Shown here: positions 1 to 10,147 of the stretch, in pieces | Layout of the letters: every line of letters starts with the position of its first letter | Numbering within the stretch: the first letter of the stretch is position 1 | Source of the DNA: a bacterium | GTDB taxonomy: Bacteria > Zixibacteria > MSB-5A5 > GN15 > FEB-12 | Reading direction: 5' to 3' | Length of the DNA: 64,000 nucleotides | NCBI GenBank assembly: GCA_043811375.1 | Contig: JBDRNJ010000064.1 | Span: 32,001 to 96,000, forward strand | Notes under the pieces: model-generated | What the model saw: the letters and a program-made list of their open reading frames with translations, nothing else | Database searches by the model: none | What the model was told of the DNA's origin: nothing | Program-made: the position numbers and the translations under genes

Positions 1-3000
1 ACGGAATGTCACCGGCCCAGTAGCCGGCGTCGGGCACATAGACATTGACCGCCACGACACCGCCAGTCTGGGTGGCTACCATCGGAAGCCCGTTATCCCA
101 CTCCGCAACCAGTTGGGCACCGGAAGCTATGGTTATGTCTCCCAGAATATCGCCGGACGCGGTCGTTACATTCTTCATAATGGGGTGAGCGGCGTTGAAA
201 CTGCCCAGATTGGCCGACCCGGCCGGACCGAAACCGATATTGAACGGGGCATAACCACCACTGACAAAACGGCCGCTTATACCAAAACCGGACACGAATG
301 ACGCCAAAGTCACGACCACGCTGCCACCGGCATCAATATAGTCGGCCAGTACATTGCCGGTTCCGACAGGATCGCCCCAGGCTACGCCGTTCATGACAAT
401 CACGCTGTGATACGGCAAGAGATCACCGAGGCCCGGAGCTCCCGAGGAGGCATCATAGGTGCCGACCAGGTCAATGTCGGGATAACTCTCCAAGAGTCCC
501 TTAATTTCAGATGGATATGAGCCACTGTACAGCAACAGCACGTCAATAGTGTACGGCATGAGATTACCCGGCACAATGTCGCCCGGACTGAGCGGTTCGC
601 GGCTGGCATGGTAGCCGTCGGTATAAGGTGTGATCGAACTAAAAGCCAGGTCGCCGGTACCGCCTGTGACCGTTTCGAGGACGTCGCCGGGATTGATGTT
701 GACGCTTTTAATGGCAAGCGAGGAGTCTCCCTCAACGGTAATATCGAATATCAGATCGCTGACGCCGTCGTTTTCGATAGTCAGCGTGTGAAGCGCAATT
801 TCACCGGTATACAGGCTGTCGCTGATGGAGTCGGGAGAAACCAGGATAACCGGAGGTAATACTGCTCTGCCCAGCAACGTTACAGTCACTATTGAATCGG
901 TCAGGTCGTTATTCTCGATGGTCAACGTGGCCGGGAAGTCGCCAGCGGACGTGGGTGCAAAAGTTACAACCACTGGCTGGCTCTGGCCGGGATCGAGGTC
1001 GAAGGTGCTGGTATCGACGGTATAGAACCCATGATCCGACGAGATTCCGGTTACTGACAACAGGTCCGTTCCGCCGTTGGAAACGACCAGGATCTGCGGG
1101 ATGACAGCGTTCACGAAAACACTGTCGTAGTCCAGACTGTCGGTGGAAAGAGCAATGTCGGGAGCACCGGTAACGTTCATGAAGGCAGCCAGGTTGACAA
1201 TCGGCTCGTCGGGGTCATTGGAGTAGATCTCGACTGTCATGTCGTAATCACCACCGAACATGCCGGTGGCATCAAACGTGACATCTACCGCCAGGCTGTC
1301 ACCGGCAGCTATACTGCCCGCGGCCGGATCCATCGAAAGGAATGAGAAAGCCGCGGTGGTCACCAGCACGTCATCGAAGAACCAACCGGTATAATCGTTG
1401 GCGCCTCCGTCGCCGGTGTCAAAGTAGAAGCGCAGGCGGATGACCTGTCCCTCGTAGGCGGAAAGGTCCAGGACCGTCAGAATCCAGCCGCCACTGGAAC
1501 CGGAGGGAGCCATTCCATATGCTCCTCTCAGGGGGACCCAACTGCCGCCGTCATCGGTCGAGACGTCAACCATACAGTAATCCCACCCCGGTTCAGTGTC
1601 GTAGGTTTCATAGAACTCCAGTGTTATCGGTGCGGTACCGATGGAAAGATCGATCAGAGGACTGACTACTGCCGTGCTGATCAAATTACCGGTAGCATAA
1701 GTGCCCACCGTTTCGTCGGCACACCACCAACTGGTCACCGCACTGTTGTAGGCAGTGTTGGTCTGGTGCCAGAGATCGTCGGTAGTACCTCCGTAGAGCT
1801 CTTCCGTCCAGCCATTGATGCCGCTTTCCATGTCGTCATAGAACATAATGTAGTCGGTGTCCAGGCTTGACATCCTCAGGTCCAACAGGCTGTGACTGCT
1901 TCCCTGACCAACTGGCAGGAGGTGATCTTTTCCGCTCAGACGCTCTGTCGGGTATTGGGGCTGGTAGGTCTGACTGACCGGTATCAGCTCCAGGCTGAGT
2001 TGATCACCTTCACCACCGGTCACTCGCAGGGATGCCTCGCCGCCAAATTGCGGTACAAAGAAATCGACAGTTGAAGGACCGCCGGCCTCATTTTTTATGT
2101 AGATGGTTTGAGTGGACTGATCACCGGTGAAAAGACTGTCAAACAGCGTATCCGGCACCACGGAGATATCCGGAATACCGAGTGTCGTTTCTCCGGGAGA
2201 ATTGGATACGCCCGAGGTGTTGGCCCACTCGTCGCCGACCTTCAGGGCAAAGTAGTAGGTCGTGCTGAAATCAAGCCCGGTGACCTTAAACAGCTCGGTA
2301 GTTCCGGCGTCTTGGGGTGATGGAGTCGGCGAGACTTCTGTGACGGATTCAAAGTTACCGGAATCAATGGGCGAAGTAGAGTAGCGTATGTCGTATGAGC
2401 CGGCCTTGCCGGAATCGGTATCATCACCGCTGGCAGTCCAGGTCAGTTCTACCCAGTTGGAGCCAACGCCGGCTACGGCCAGATCGGTGACAGCATCGGG
2501 CGGAATACTGTCTTTCTCCAAAACGATAGGCGACACATAGGTCATGGCTCGTCCGGAACCCTGGCGATTATCGGTCCAGCACGGGTAGATCATACCGCTT
2601 CGGGCGGAAATACCCAGATAGTCGCCGAAATATCCCCCGGCCAGACCGGGAATCGGCGATGGTGTAAAGGAAACATCACTCACTTTGAAATCCATCCAAG
2701 TGTCGCCGGCGTCGGCCGAAACGGCCACAAAGACCTCGCAGTCAGTGCTGGCCACATTGCGGTCATCGTAGAAAATAACACTCAACATGCCGTTCACCGG
2801 GTCACAGGCAATCCACGGGAAGAAATGCTCTTTGCCCAGCCCGGAGGGGTCCTGATTGACTTTCAACGGTGTCGACCAGCTACCGCCGCCGTCGGTGGAT
2901 TTAGCAATGTAGACATCCATGTCGGGGCCGGTGTTGATACCGGGAATACCGATATTGGTCCACACCACGTAGAGATTGCCGTCGTGGGGTCCACCGCTGA

Positions 3001-4006
3001 TATCGACCTCCATGGCCGGAAACGAGTTACAGCGCATGTTCTTGGACGTGGTAGTAATCCGAATGCCCCGGATGTTCTGGATGATGCGAGTGGCCGGTGC
3101 AAAGGTGGCACCTCCATCGGTGGACACTGCCATGCCGATCGCGGTCTCATCCGAGGGCCAGGAGTCATAGATCGACCAGACGGCGTAGACTTCACCATTG
3201 GTGCCCGTCTTGATGTTGACACCCTGGTCATGACTACCGGCGGCCACTGCCGAACTGATATTCAATGGCAAAGACCATGTCAGTCCGCTGTCGGTAGACC
3301 GTACCAGCACGACCTCACGGTCGTCGGCGCCGCCGAAGGCTGTCCAGGCGCTGTACAGATTACCTTCGTAGGGACTGGCAGAACTGTTATCAATCCAGAG
3401 ATGATTCTTGTCGGCCAGGCTGCCCGGATTCGGAGCCGCCTGAACATGGGTAAAGGTGGCACCGTTGTTCGTCGAGTAGGCCACACCCTGCCCGCTGTTG
3501 GATGCAATGTAGCCGACATAGTACCAGCCGTTGAGCCCGATAACGGCTGCCGGATCACCGCGGTTGGAACCTCCGGCTCCGGCCAGGCTGCCACCCCAAA
3601 CGGCGCCACCGTCTGTGGAGAAGAGAGCATTGGCACCATAGATGCCACTCACCGGCCAGGGAGTGGAGTTGTTGGAATTGAGGACAGTATTGAGGTCAAA
3701 GGGATGGATAAAAATTGAGTTTTCACTCTGGGTGTTGTTGGGGTCGTCAGTCACCGGAACATCCGGGGAATCATCGATCAACACTCCACGGCTGAGCACC
3801 TCACTGGAAGTGTATACCGCTTCCTTGACGGGAATCTCCGGCGCCACTTCCACCAAACCCTGATACGCCAGGTCCTGCCAGTATGACTGGCTCCAGATTT
3901 CGGTGTCGACCTGCTGTGAGGTCTCCGAGCCACCCCAGACAGTAACTGTCAGCAGTGCGACCAACGTCACCACCGCCAGTTGAGGGATACCTTTGAATGA
4001 TCTCAT
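1..4006 (-). CDS. Large secreted multidomain protein, partial (3' end beyond window): BNR/Asp-box sialidase-like propeller, FN3, adhesin-like jelly-roll and Ig-like repeats
   Basis: Manual translation from ATG at 4006 (RBS AAAGGA): MRSFKGIPQLAVVTLVALL signal peptide; repeated S-T-D-G-G-x-x-W/F Asp boxes; FN3 (PPDAVTDL..ELTWTA..YDIRYS..GLDFSTTYYFALK); FYDDMESG..W..YDTEPGWDY..LDLSAY..IRLRF..GWFFDDV; SNDPDEP Ig-like domains. Absent from the ORF track, consistent with no stop codon in the window. Confidence 0.88.
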   Translation of the reverse strand, partial: MRSFKGIPQLAVVTLVALLTVTVWGGSETSQQVDTEIWSQSYWQDLAYQGLVEVAPEIPVKEAVYTSSEVLSRGVLIDDSPDVPVTDDPNNTQSENSIFIHPFDLNTVLNSNNSTPWPVSGIYGANALFSTDGGAVWGGSLAGAGGSNRGDPAAVIGLNGWYYVGYIASNSGQGVAYSTNNGATFTHVQAAPNPGSLADKNHLWIDNSSASPYEGNLYSAWTAFGGADDREVVLVRSTDSGLTWSLPLNISSAVAAGSHDQGVNIKTGTNGEVYAVWSIYDSWPSDETAIGMAVSTDGGATFAPATRIIQNIRGIRITTTSKNMRCNSFPAMEVDISGGPHDGNLYVVWTNIGIPGINTGPDMDVYIAKSTDGGGSWSTPLKVNQDPSGLGKEHFFPWIACDPVNGMLSVIFYDDRNVASTDCEVFVAVSADAGDTWMDFKVSDVSFTPSPIPGLAGGYFGDYLGISARSGMIYPCWTDNRQGSGRAMTYVSPIVLEKDSIPPDAVTDLAVAGVGSNWVELTWTASGDDTDSGKAGSYDIRYSTSPIDSGNFESVTEVSPTPSPQDAGTTELFKVTGLDFSTTYYFALKVGDEWANTSGVSNSPGETTLGIPDISVVPDTLFDSLFTGDQSTQTIYIKNEAGGPSTVDFFVPQFGGEASLRVTGGEGDQLSLELIPVSQTYQPQYPTERLSGKDHLLPVGQGSSHSLLDLRMSSLDTDYIMFYDDMESGINGWTEELYGGTTDDLWHQTNTAYNSAVTSWWCADETVGTYATGNLISTAVVSPLIDLSIGTAPITLEFYETYDTEPGWDYCMVDVSTDDGGSWVPLRGAYGMAPSGSSGGWILTVLDLSAYEGQVIRLRFYFDTGDGGANDYTGWFFDDVLVTTAAFSFLSMDPAAGSIAAGDSLAVDVTFDATGMFGGDYDMTVEIYSNDPDEPIVNLAAFMNVTGAPDIALSTDSLDYDSVFVNAVIPQILVVSNGGTDLLSVTGISSDHGFYTVDTSTFDLDPGQSQPVVVTFAPTSAGDFPATLTIENNDLTDSIVTVTLLGRAVLPPVILVSPDSISDSLYTGEIALHTLTIENDGVSDLIFDITVEGDSSLAIKSVNINPGDVLETVTGGTGDLAFSSITPYTDGYHASREPLSPGDIVPGNLMPYTIDVLLLYSGSYPSEIKGLLESYPDIDLVGTYDASSGAPGLGDLLPYHSVIVMNGVAWGDPVGTGNVLADYIDAGGSVVVTLASFVSGFGISGRFVSGGYAPFNIGFGPAGSANLGSFNAAHPIMKNVTTASGDILGDITIASGAQLVAEWDNGLPMVATQTGGVVAVNVYVPDAGYWAGDIP

Positions 4007-4611
4007 GGTGAGTCCTTTCAAACAACGATATGGGTACTAATTATTTTTCGAGAGGTTGCTGTCATGCTATAAATATAATAAGGAGAATAATCCGTTGTCT
4101 CTGTAATCAATACGACAGGTTCGCAGTATCTGACCCGGTTCCCGCCCCGGCATAAACATAAAATTGAATAATAGTAGACTATATCTGCCAATGCAGTCCA
4201 CAAACTCCGCCTCCGTTAGTATTCGTTATCGGTTCTTCACCGACAGGAACAGGCCGAACAAGTAACTTCTTCAGCAGCGCATCTGAATAAACTTACGACG
4301 CAACCGACATCATTTCCGAAGACGACAGTAATAAACGCCGATTATATCAGTATTGACGTCACTTTGGTCAGAACTTCCGGTCGCCTCTGTTGGACAATTC
4401 AATCTCGGATCATGTCCCACAACCGTGGGTCAGATCCAATAGATCAATATATAGTGCATGTGTTGAGGTGTCAAGATGTTTCTGGACAGAGACATAGTAA
4501 TTCCTTTCAGGACGCATGCGGTAACCGTGTGACGCCTACAATCCTGCTCGACTACACGACCTCGGCATGGCAACATGTCCGGTTGGAGTCAGGTCTACTT
4601 TCAGGTGCTTA

Positions 4612-5373
4612 TCAGAAGAGGGTGATTTCCACTCCCGCGAAAGACATGCCAATCGCAGTCAATCCAAGAAGCAACATGATGAATAACAGTGATACTATGG
4701 CGGCAACTGAAATCCCCTTACCACGGCTGATACCAAAAACAGCGGCGTAGCCAATACCGGTTACTATAATACCCCAGACTGCGAATATGTCCAGGTAGTA
4801 CAACAGCGAATAACCGATTGATGTGAAGTTCTTGTCGGGAAAAAGAGCAGCTAAACCGTAAGATACCTGTATAGTTCCTTTGGCAAACACCAGAGGAAGT
4901 CTCAGCAGGTTACCTATCTGGAAGATTAGTCCCCCCAGTAATCCGACTCCCCAGATGGCTTTGAACTTAGCCTTGCCGCCCATGATGACGCTGCCCAGGA
5001 ACATCACTACCAGCGCCTCCAGAACAGTTACCACAATGATCATCGCGGCGGTGATCAGGGCACCCTTCAGAAAGCCGGTATTCATGGCATCCTGTCTCAT
5101 TTGCTCCAGAGCCTGAGGCGGAATTACCGTGGAGGTTTTCATCATCTCATACTGCGTCATGGCACCATACTGTGCGGTCAGGCCACCATAAACGGCGGTG
5201 ACGATGAAAATGATTATAATCGGAATTATCAGCTTTGGTTTGATTTGATACTGGCGAAAAGCCTCCGTCGGCGATGTGAAAACACCCGCGATTATAGCCC
5301 AGATACTGCTGGGAGCAGCAGTAAGATCGGCCGCCGGTGTGATATCGGGGTTCGGATGCGAATCTGACTCCAT
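4612..5373 (-). CDS. Yip1 family membrane protein
   Basis: GVFTSPTEAF N-terminal motif, about 5 TM helices, DIFAVW..GIG near the C-terminus; RBS GAGG. Confidence 0.8.
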   Translation of the reverse strand: MESDSHPNPDITPAADLTAAPSSIWAIIAGVFTSPTEAFRQYQIKPKLIIPIIIIFIVTAVYGGLTAQYGAMTQYEMMKTSTVIPPQALEQMRQDAMNTGFLKGALITAAMIIVVTVLEALVVMFLGSVIMGGKAKFKAIWGVGLLGGLIFQIGNLLRLPLVFAKGTIQVSYGLAALFPDKNFTSIGYSLLYYLDIFAVWGIIVTGIGYAAVFGISRGKGISVAAIVSLLFIMLLLGLTAIGMSFAGVEITLF

Positions 5374-5569
5374 TTGGCATTACCTCCTCATTCTGGTTAG
5401 CCTGACACAACCCGGACTGTTCCCGAACTGGGACAGCCGGAACCGGTGCGTCACCGGCTCATAAGTAATACAATGTACGGTGCCCGTTATTCAATGGCAC
5501 GCTTTTTTTCTTTAGTAGCTTGTTGAAAAACACCGAATGAAAGACATGAATGTTACTACCTTGCTTTTT

Positions 5570-5593
5570 CTGTCATTCCTGCGTAAGCAGGAA
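5570..5593. repeat. REP-like palindrome, left arm (CTGTCATTCCTGC-GTAA-GCAGGAA)
   Basis: Hairpin TTCCTGC/GCAGGAA; near reverse complement of CGCGGGAATGACAG at 6667-6680 and 6687-6700. Confidence 0.75.
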
Positions 5594-5624
5594 ACTATAT
5601 ATATCAATAGGTTACTGGATCCCC

Positions 5625-6654
5625 TAGCTTCACAAACGAAGTGCAACACCTTATTAAGGTGTTGTTATGGAACAAAGATATGCTCAGATCAACATTGAAG
5701 AGCGATGCGAGATTGCCCGTTTACGTACCGCTGGGTGCTCGATCCGGCAAATCGCGGCAGCTCTGGATCGCGCGCCATCGACGATTACTCGAGAGATAAA
5801 GCGAAATGGCAGTCAGAACGGCATTTACCAGCCCAGATACGCGGATCGACAAAGCCGCGCCCGCCGCTGGACCGGTTCCAAGCTGGACCGAAACCGCACC
5901 TTGCGCGAGACGGTGCTGTCACGACTGGCACAAGGCTGGTCTCCCGAGCAAGTCGCCGGACGGCTCGCCCGGGACACCGGACTTCGCGTTATCTCACACG
6001 AGACCATCTACCGTTTCATCTACGCGCAAATCGCCCGCACCAAAAACTATGCCTGGCGTCATTATCTGCCACATGGCAAGTCCAAACGCGGCTGGCGTGG
6101 CCGCAGAGGTGGCAGCCCGGCCTCGTTCATCGCCCATCGTCGTTCCCTGGACGAACGACCGGAAACAGCCAATGATCGCCAAACACCGGGACACTGGGAG
6201 GCTGACCTGATGCTGTTCAGAACCTATGGCCAGGCCATCCTCACTTTGCACGAGCGGCACTCCCGGCTACTCATCGCCGCCCGGCCACCCGGTAAAGCTG
6301 CCGAGCCCATCGCTAAGGCCATGGCCGACATCCTGGCGCCTCTGCCACCACCGTGGCGCCAGACTGTCACCTTTGACAATGGCACCGAATTCGCACGCCA
6401 CTACCAACTCCATGCACTCGACATCAAGACATTCTTCTGTGACACCTACTCACCGTGGCAAAAAGGCGGTGTCGAAAACGCCATCGGCCGTATGCGCCGC
6501 ACCCTTCCCAGAAAAACTGACCTGGCCACCCTTACCGACAATCGCTTCCTCGAACTTATCCAGGCATACAATAACACACCACGAAAATGTCTGGACTTTC
6601 TAACACCAGCAGAGATATTTTGGAATAACATGTTGCACTTCAAATTTGAATCCA
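5625..6654 (+). mobile_element. IS30-family insertion sequence
   Basis: Imperfect terminal inverted repeats 5625-5648 TAGCTTCACAAACGAAGTGCAACA and 6631-6654 (revcomp TGGATTCAAATTTGAAGTGCAACA), 18/24 identical, around a DDE transposase; exact ends and TSD ambiguous by a few bp. Confidence 0.9.
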
Positions 6655-6677
6655 CCTTCCCGCTTGCGCGGGAATGA
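5667..6677 (+). CDS. IS30 family transposase
   Basis: HTH SIRQIAAALDRAPSTITREIKRN, WSPEQVAG, GHWEAD, TFDNGTEF, SPWQKGGVEN, NNTPRKCLDFLTP. Confidence 0.96.
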   Translation: MEQRYAQINIEERCEIARLRTAGCSIRQIAAALDRAPSTITREIKRNGSQNGIYQPRYADRQSRARRWTGSKLDRNRTLRETVLSRLAQGWSPEQVAGRLARDTGLRVISHETIYRFIYAQIARTKNYAWRHYLPHGKSKRGWRGRRGGSPASFIAHRRSLDERPETANDRQTPGHWEADLMLFRTYGQAILTLHERHSRLLIAARPPGKAAEPIAKAMADILAPLPPPWRQTVTFDNGTEFARHYQLHALDIKTFFCDTYSPWQKGGVENAIGRMRRTLPRKTDLATLTDNRFLELIQAYNNTPRKCLDFLTPAEIFWNNMLHFKFESTFPLARE

Positions 6678-6700
6678 CAGAAAGGACGCGGGAATGACAG
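6657..6700. repeat. REP-like palindrome, right arm with duplicated CGCGGGAATGACAG
   Basis: TTCCCGC-TTGC-GCGGGAATGACAG followed by a second CGCGGGAATGACAG. Confidence 0.75.
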
Positions 6701-6721
6701 ATTATGGTTCTCTGTCGGTTC

Positions 6722-9196
6722 CTACTCCTTATCCGGGGCGTTCTTGACGTAGCGGTCGAGCCAGGTGGTCATCTCCCAGAGGACGTGCATCACTGACTCG
6801 CGGGCGCGGTAGCCGTGACTTTCGTGCGGCAACATCACCAGCCGGGCCGTCGCTCCCTGACCCTTTAACGCACTGTAGTAACGGCGGCTCTGCAGGGGAT
6901 AGGTACCGCTGTTGTTGTCGGCCTCGCCGTGGATGAGCAGAATAGGTTCATTGACTTTCTCGGCGTGCATGAACGGTGACATGGCGAAATAAACCTCCGG
7001 CGCCTCCCACAAGCTGCGCTCCTCGGACTGGAAGCCGAACGGCGTCAGTGTCCGATTGTAAGCACCGCTGCGAGCGATACCCGCCCGGTAAAGATCACAA
7101 TGCGCCAGCAGGTTGGCCGCCATGAAAGCGCCATACGAATGCCCGCCGATAGCCAGCCGATCAGGGTCGCCGACACCGCGCCGGACAACCTCGTCAACCG
7201 CCGCCTGGGCGCTGGCCACCAGTTGCTCGACATAAGTGTCGTTTGGTTCCACGTCGCCTTCGCCGACGATCGGCATGGTGGGATCATCAAGAATGGCATA
7301 GCCGTGTTCCAGCCATAACAGGGGCGAGTACCAGCCGATACGAATGAAACGATAGGGTGAGTCGGTCACCTGCCCGGCGGCATCGGCGCTCTTGTATTCC
7401 TGTGGGTAAGCCCACATCAACATCGGCAGTGGTCCGTCATCGGGAGAGTACCCGGCGGGCAAGTAGAGGGTGGCCGTCATCGGTACGCCGTCAGCGCGCT
7501 CGTAGCGAATAAGTTCCTTGTGCACATCGATCAGTTGCGGTGTCGGGTGCTGGAAGGTGGTGACCTGTTGGAGATCATCTTTTTTCAGGTCGCGAATAAA
7601 GTAGTTGGGCGGTTCGGTTATCGATTCCCGCCGTGTGAGCAGCTTGCGCTTCTTAATGTCCAGCAGACGTATCGGTTGTTCGTAATACGGCTCTTCCGAA
7701 CGGAACAGGCGTTGGTATTCTTTGGTCTTCAGGTCAAACTCATCCAGAAACGGTCGGTCGCCTTCTTCGGAGGCGCCATCGCCGGAAAGGAACAGAGTTC
7801 TACCCTTGTTTGCAGTCAGCAGGACACTGGTGCCGCGATCGGTCAAGCGCATGAGCGGCTGACCGGGATCGTTGTAGCGGTCTTCCCAGGAGCGGTCAAC
7901 CAGCAGCACCGGCTCGAAGCTCAGTGATCCCGGCTGGACATGCCAGCCCTGTATGCGGCGAGTTTTCCACCACCATTCGGTGACAATTGCCAGCTTGTCG
8001 TTGCCCCAACTGATATCATCGTATCGCAGGCTGAGAGTAATAAGCGGCACCGGGTCACTGTCGAACGGAGCCGCCAGCATGTAGACACGGTCACGCTCTT
8101 CTGCTTCGGCACTGGCGTCACCGGCGTCAAGCGCTTCTACCCAATGCAACATAGCGTCGGTATCGGCCCGCCAGCCGGCATCGCGGCGACCGGTGCGCAC
8201 TGAGCCAAAAGCCATCGGCACACTTTCGGCCAGCGGCAGGTCGGCCAATTCAAAAACTATATTACCGTCCAGGTCCCAGACTTCAATCCGCTGAGGGAAA
8301 CGATAAACCGGCACCGTATATGAAAATGGCCGGTGAATAGTCTCCACCAGTATGTACTTCCCGTCCGGAGAGGGAGTAGCCTGACTAATGATCCCGGCCG
8401 GGCCGATGGGTCTGCTTTCGCCGTCAAGCGTCAAACGTACTACCTGGGCGGTGGCGTAGTGTTCGAACATTGCTTCATCGTGGGCGTTTTTCAGCAGGTC
8501 CTGGTAAGTTCGTGCGGGCGCTTTGCCGCCGATATTCTCCTGAATCACCGGTCCTGCCGGCACCAGCGGTTCATCCGGAGCCTTGCCGCGTCCTTCCGGG
8601 ATTGTCTGGGTGATGATAGTGCGGCTGTCGGAAAGCCAACTGTAGGGAGTGCCATAGGCAGCGTTAAGCGGCAGGGATGATACCGGTGCGGCGGCGCCGT
8701 TTTTATTGTCGGCCGTCCACAGTTCCAGACGGTCGCCACGGGACACCGTGAAGGCAATCCGCTTGCTGTCTGGTGACCAGGTGACGTTCCTGATGCTGGG
8801 ATAGTCGGGCAGACCGCTGATAATGACTTCACTGCCATCGGAGATTTTCTTGAAAGTCAATTCGTTAAAGTAGTAACCGCGGCTGGGACCGTTGGTGCGG
8901 GGGTTGATACGCAGACCGGCCAGGCGCAACTCCGGTTGCGAGACTTCCTCCAGCGATTTGAGCGCCGGATACTTCAATAGCAGCATCCATTCCCCATCGG
9001 GACTGATATACACGACCGGTGTGCTGGGGGCATCGACCAGGTCGCTAATTGCTGCCGGCGGCATCCGGTAGCCCGCTTCGGATATGGCCTGCCCCTGGCC
9101 GAGCGCGGTGGAACAGAGCAGCAGCAGCAGCAAGGCGGCTGCAATGGTAAAGGGGAGATGATATCCCCGATGAATTCTTCTTTCGGTTGATGTCAT
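6722..9196 (-). CDS. S9 (prolyl oligopeptidase) family serine peptidase, glutamyl endopeptidase-like, secreted
   Basis: GGHSYGA nucleophile, ARSGAYNRTLTPFGFQ, HGEADNN Asp, ESHGY His; signal peptide; start moved to ATG 9196 (RBS GGAGGT). Confidence 0.92.
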   Translation of the reverse strand: MTSTERRIHRGYHLPFTIAAALLLLLLCSTALGQGQAISEAGYRMPPAAISDLVDAPSTPVVYISPDGEWMLLLKYPALKSLEEVSQPELRLAGLRINPRTNGPSRGYYFNELTFKKISDGSEVIISGLPDYPSIRNVTWSPDSKRIAFTVSRGDRLELWTADNKNGAAAPVSSLPLNAAYGTPYSWLSDSRTIITQTIPEGRGKAPDEPLVPAGPVIQENIGGKAPARTYQDLLKNAHDEAMFEHYATAQVVRLTLDGESRPIGPAGIISQATPSPDGKYILVETIHRPFSYTVPVYRFPQRIEVWDLDGNIVFELADLPLAESVPMAFGSVRTGRRDAGWRADTDAMLHWVEALDAGDASAEAEERDRVYMLAAPFDSDPVPLITLSLRYDDISWGNDKLAIVTEWWWKTRRIQGWHVQPGSLSFEPVLLVDRSWEDRYNDPGQPLMRLTDRGTSVLLTANKGRTLFLSGDGASEEGDRPFLDEFDLKTKEYQRLFRSEEPYYEQPIRLLDIKKRKLLTRRESITEPPNYFIRDLKKDDLQQVTTFQHPTPQLIDVHKELIRYERADGVPMTATLYLPAGYSPDDGPLPMLMWAYPQEYKSADAAGQVTDSPYRFIRIGWYSPLLWLEHGYAILDDPTMPIVGEGDVEPNDTYVEQLVASAQAAVDEVVRRGVGDPDRLAIGGHSYGAFMAANLLAHCDLYRAGIARSGAYNRTLTPFGFQSEERSLWEAPEVYFAMSPFMHAEKVNEPILLIHGEADNNSGTYPLQSRRYYSALKGQGATARLVMLPHESHGYRARESVMHVLWEMTTWLDRYVKNAPDKE

Positions 9197-9432
9197 GACG
9201 GCTACCTCCACACAAGTGTAGTTATTACGCAGACATGTTATATTTTCGTACGGTTGGCTTTGTCGAATTACAAGAATACGGTCAGTGCTACCTCTCGACA
9301 AGTAATTTTGTGCTTTTCGGTCAGACTTGACTTCCAGTTACATTAGAGCTACTTTTAGTGATATTGAAGCAGGAGAAGAACTTTGCACACAAGATTCTCA
9401 AGTGACGACAGTAACAGTGATCGGGGTTCTGG

Positions 9433-9986
9433 ATGGATCCTGTAGCACAACAGATCATAAAACCCGAATTGAGTTCGGGAGAGCGGCTTTTATGGTGCGG
9501 AAGACCAAGGCGCGGACTGCTGCTCCGAAGACAAGACGCTTACCTTATTCCCTTCAGTTTGATCTGGTGTGGGTTTTTTACTTTGTTCATGATCGACACC
9601 GGAGATGAAAGCGCTCCTCCGATATTTCGGATTGTCGGATTGTTGTTTATAGTCTTTGGCTGTTACCATCTTTTCGGCAGGTTCTTCATTAATGCATTAG
9701 TCAGGGCACGCACCTACTACACTCTGACGTCCGAGCGAGTGGTTATCTCCACGGGGATATTCAGTCGCAATTTGCAGAGCATAAATCTCAGGGCGTTGAC
9801 GGAAATGGAGTTATCGGAGCATAGCGGTGGTCGGGGTACCATTACTTTGGGCCAAAGAACCCGTTTCAATCGTTCCATCAAGGTGGCTGGTTTCCCGGTA
9901 TGCGCCAGCTTCAGCCCATGCTTGAGCAGATCGAAGACGCCCGAGCAGTCTACGAGAAAATCCGAACCGCGCAGAACCAGGCATGA
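9433..9986 (+). CDS. Membrane protein with bacterial PH domain (frameshift near 9846-9851)
   Basis: ELSSGERLLWCGRP..IPFSLIW..RTYYTLTSERVVI; family-like C-terminus GWFPG..MLEQIEDARAVYEKIRTAQ lies in another frame, ending at TGA 9986. Confidence 0.7.
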
Positions 9987-10083
9987 GGTCTACCGGTCGT
10001 CGATCTTTGCGCACACCCCGATCTCCTTGACCCGCGCTTACTTCCGATTGTCTTGAAGTCAGTCAAAATCGCTAAAAAACCTG

Positions 10084-10111
10084 TTGACATCGGATTTGGC
10101 GCGGATATATT
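10084..10111 (+). promoter_or_regulatory. Sigma70-type promoter of the atp operon
   Basis: TTGACA-16-TATATT upstream of the first atp gene. Confidence 0.6.
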
Positions 10112-10147
10112 CCCCCCCAATTGATTTGACGGCAGGCGGAGGAAAGC

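Noticed and set aside
2825..3718. 297-aa + strand ORF and other + ORFs in 113-3863
   Set aside because: Antisense shadows of the large minus-strand gene; no recognisable motifs
9261..9282. TGTCGA-N10-TA-N3-T resembling the actinobacterial PafBC promoter motif
   Set aside because: Single short degenerate hit, different phylum, downstream gene not a DNA-repair gene
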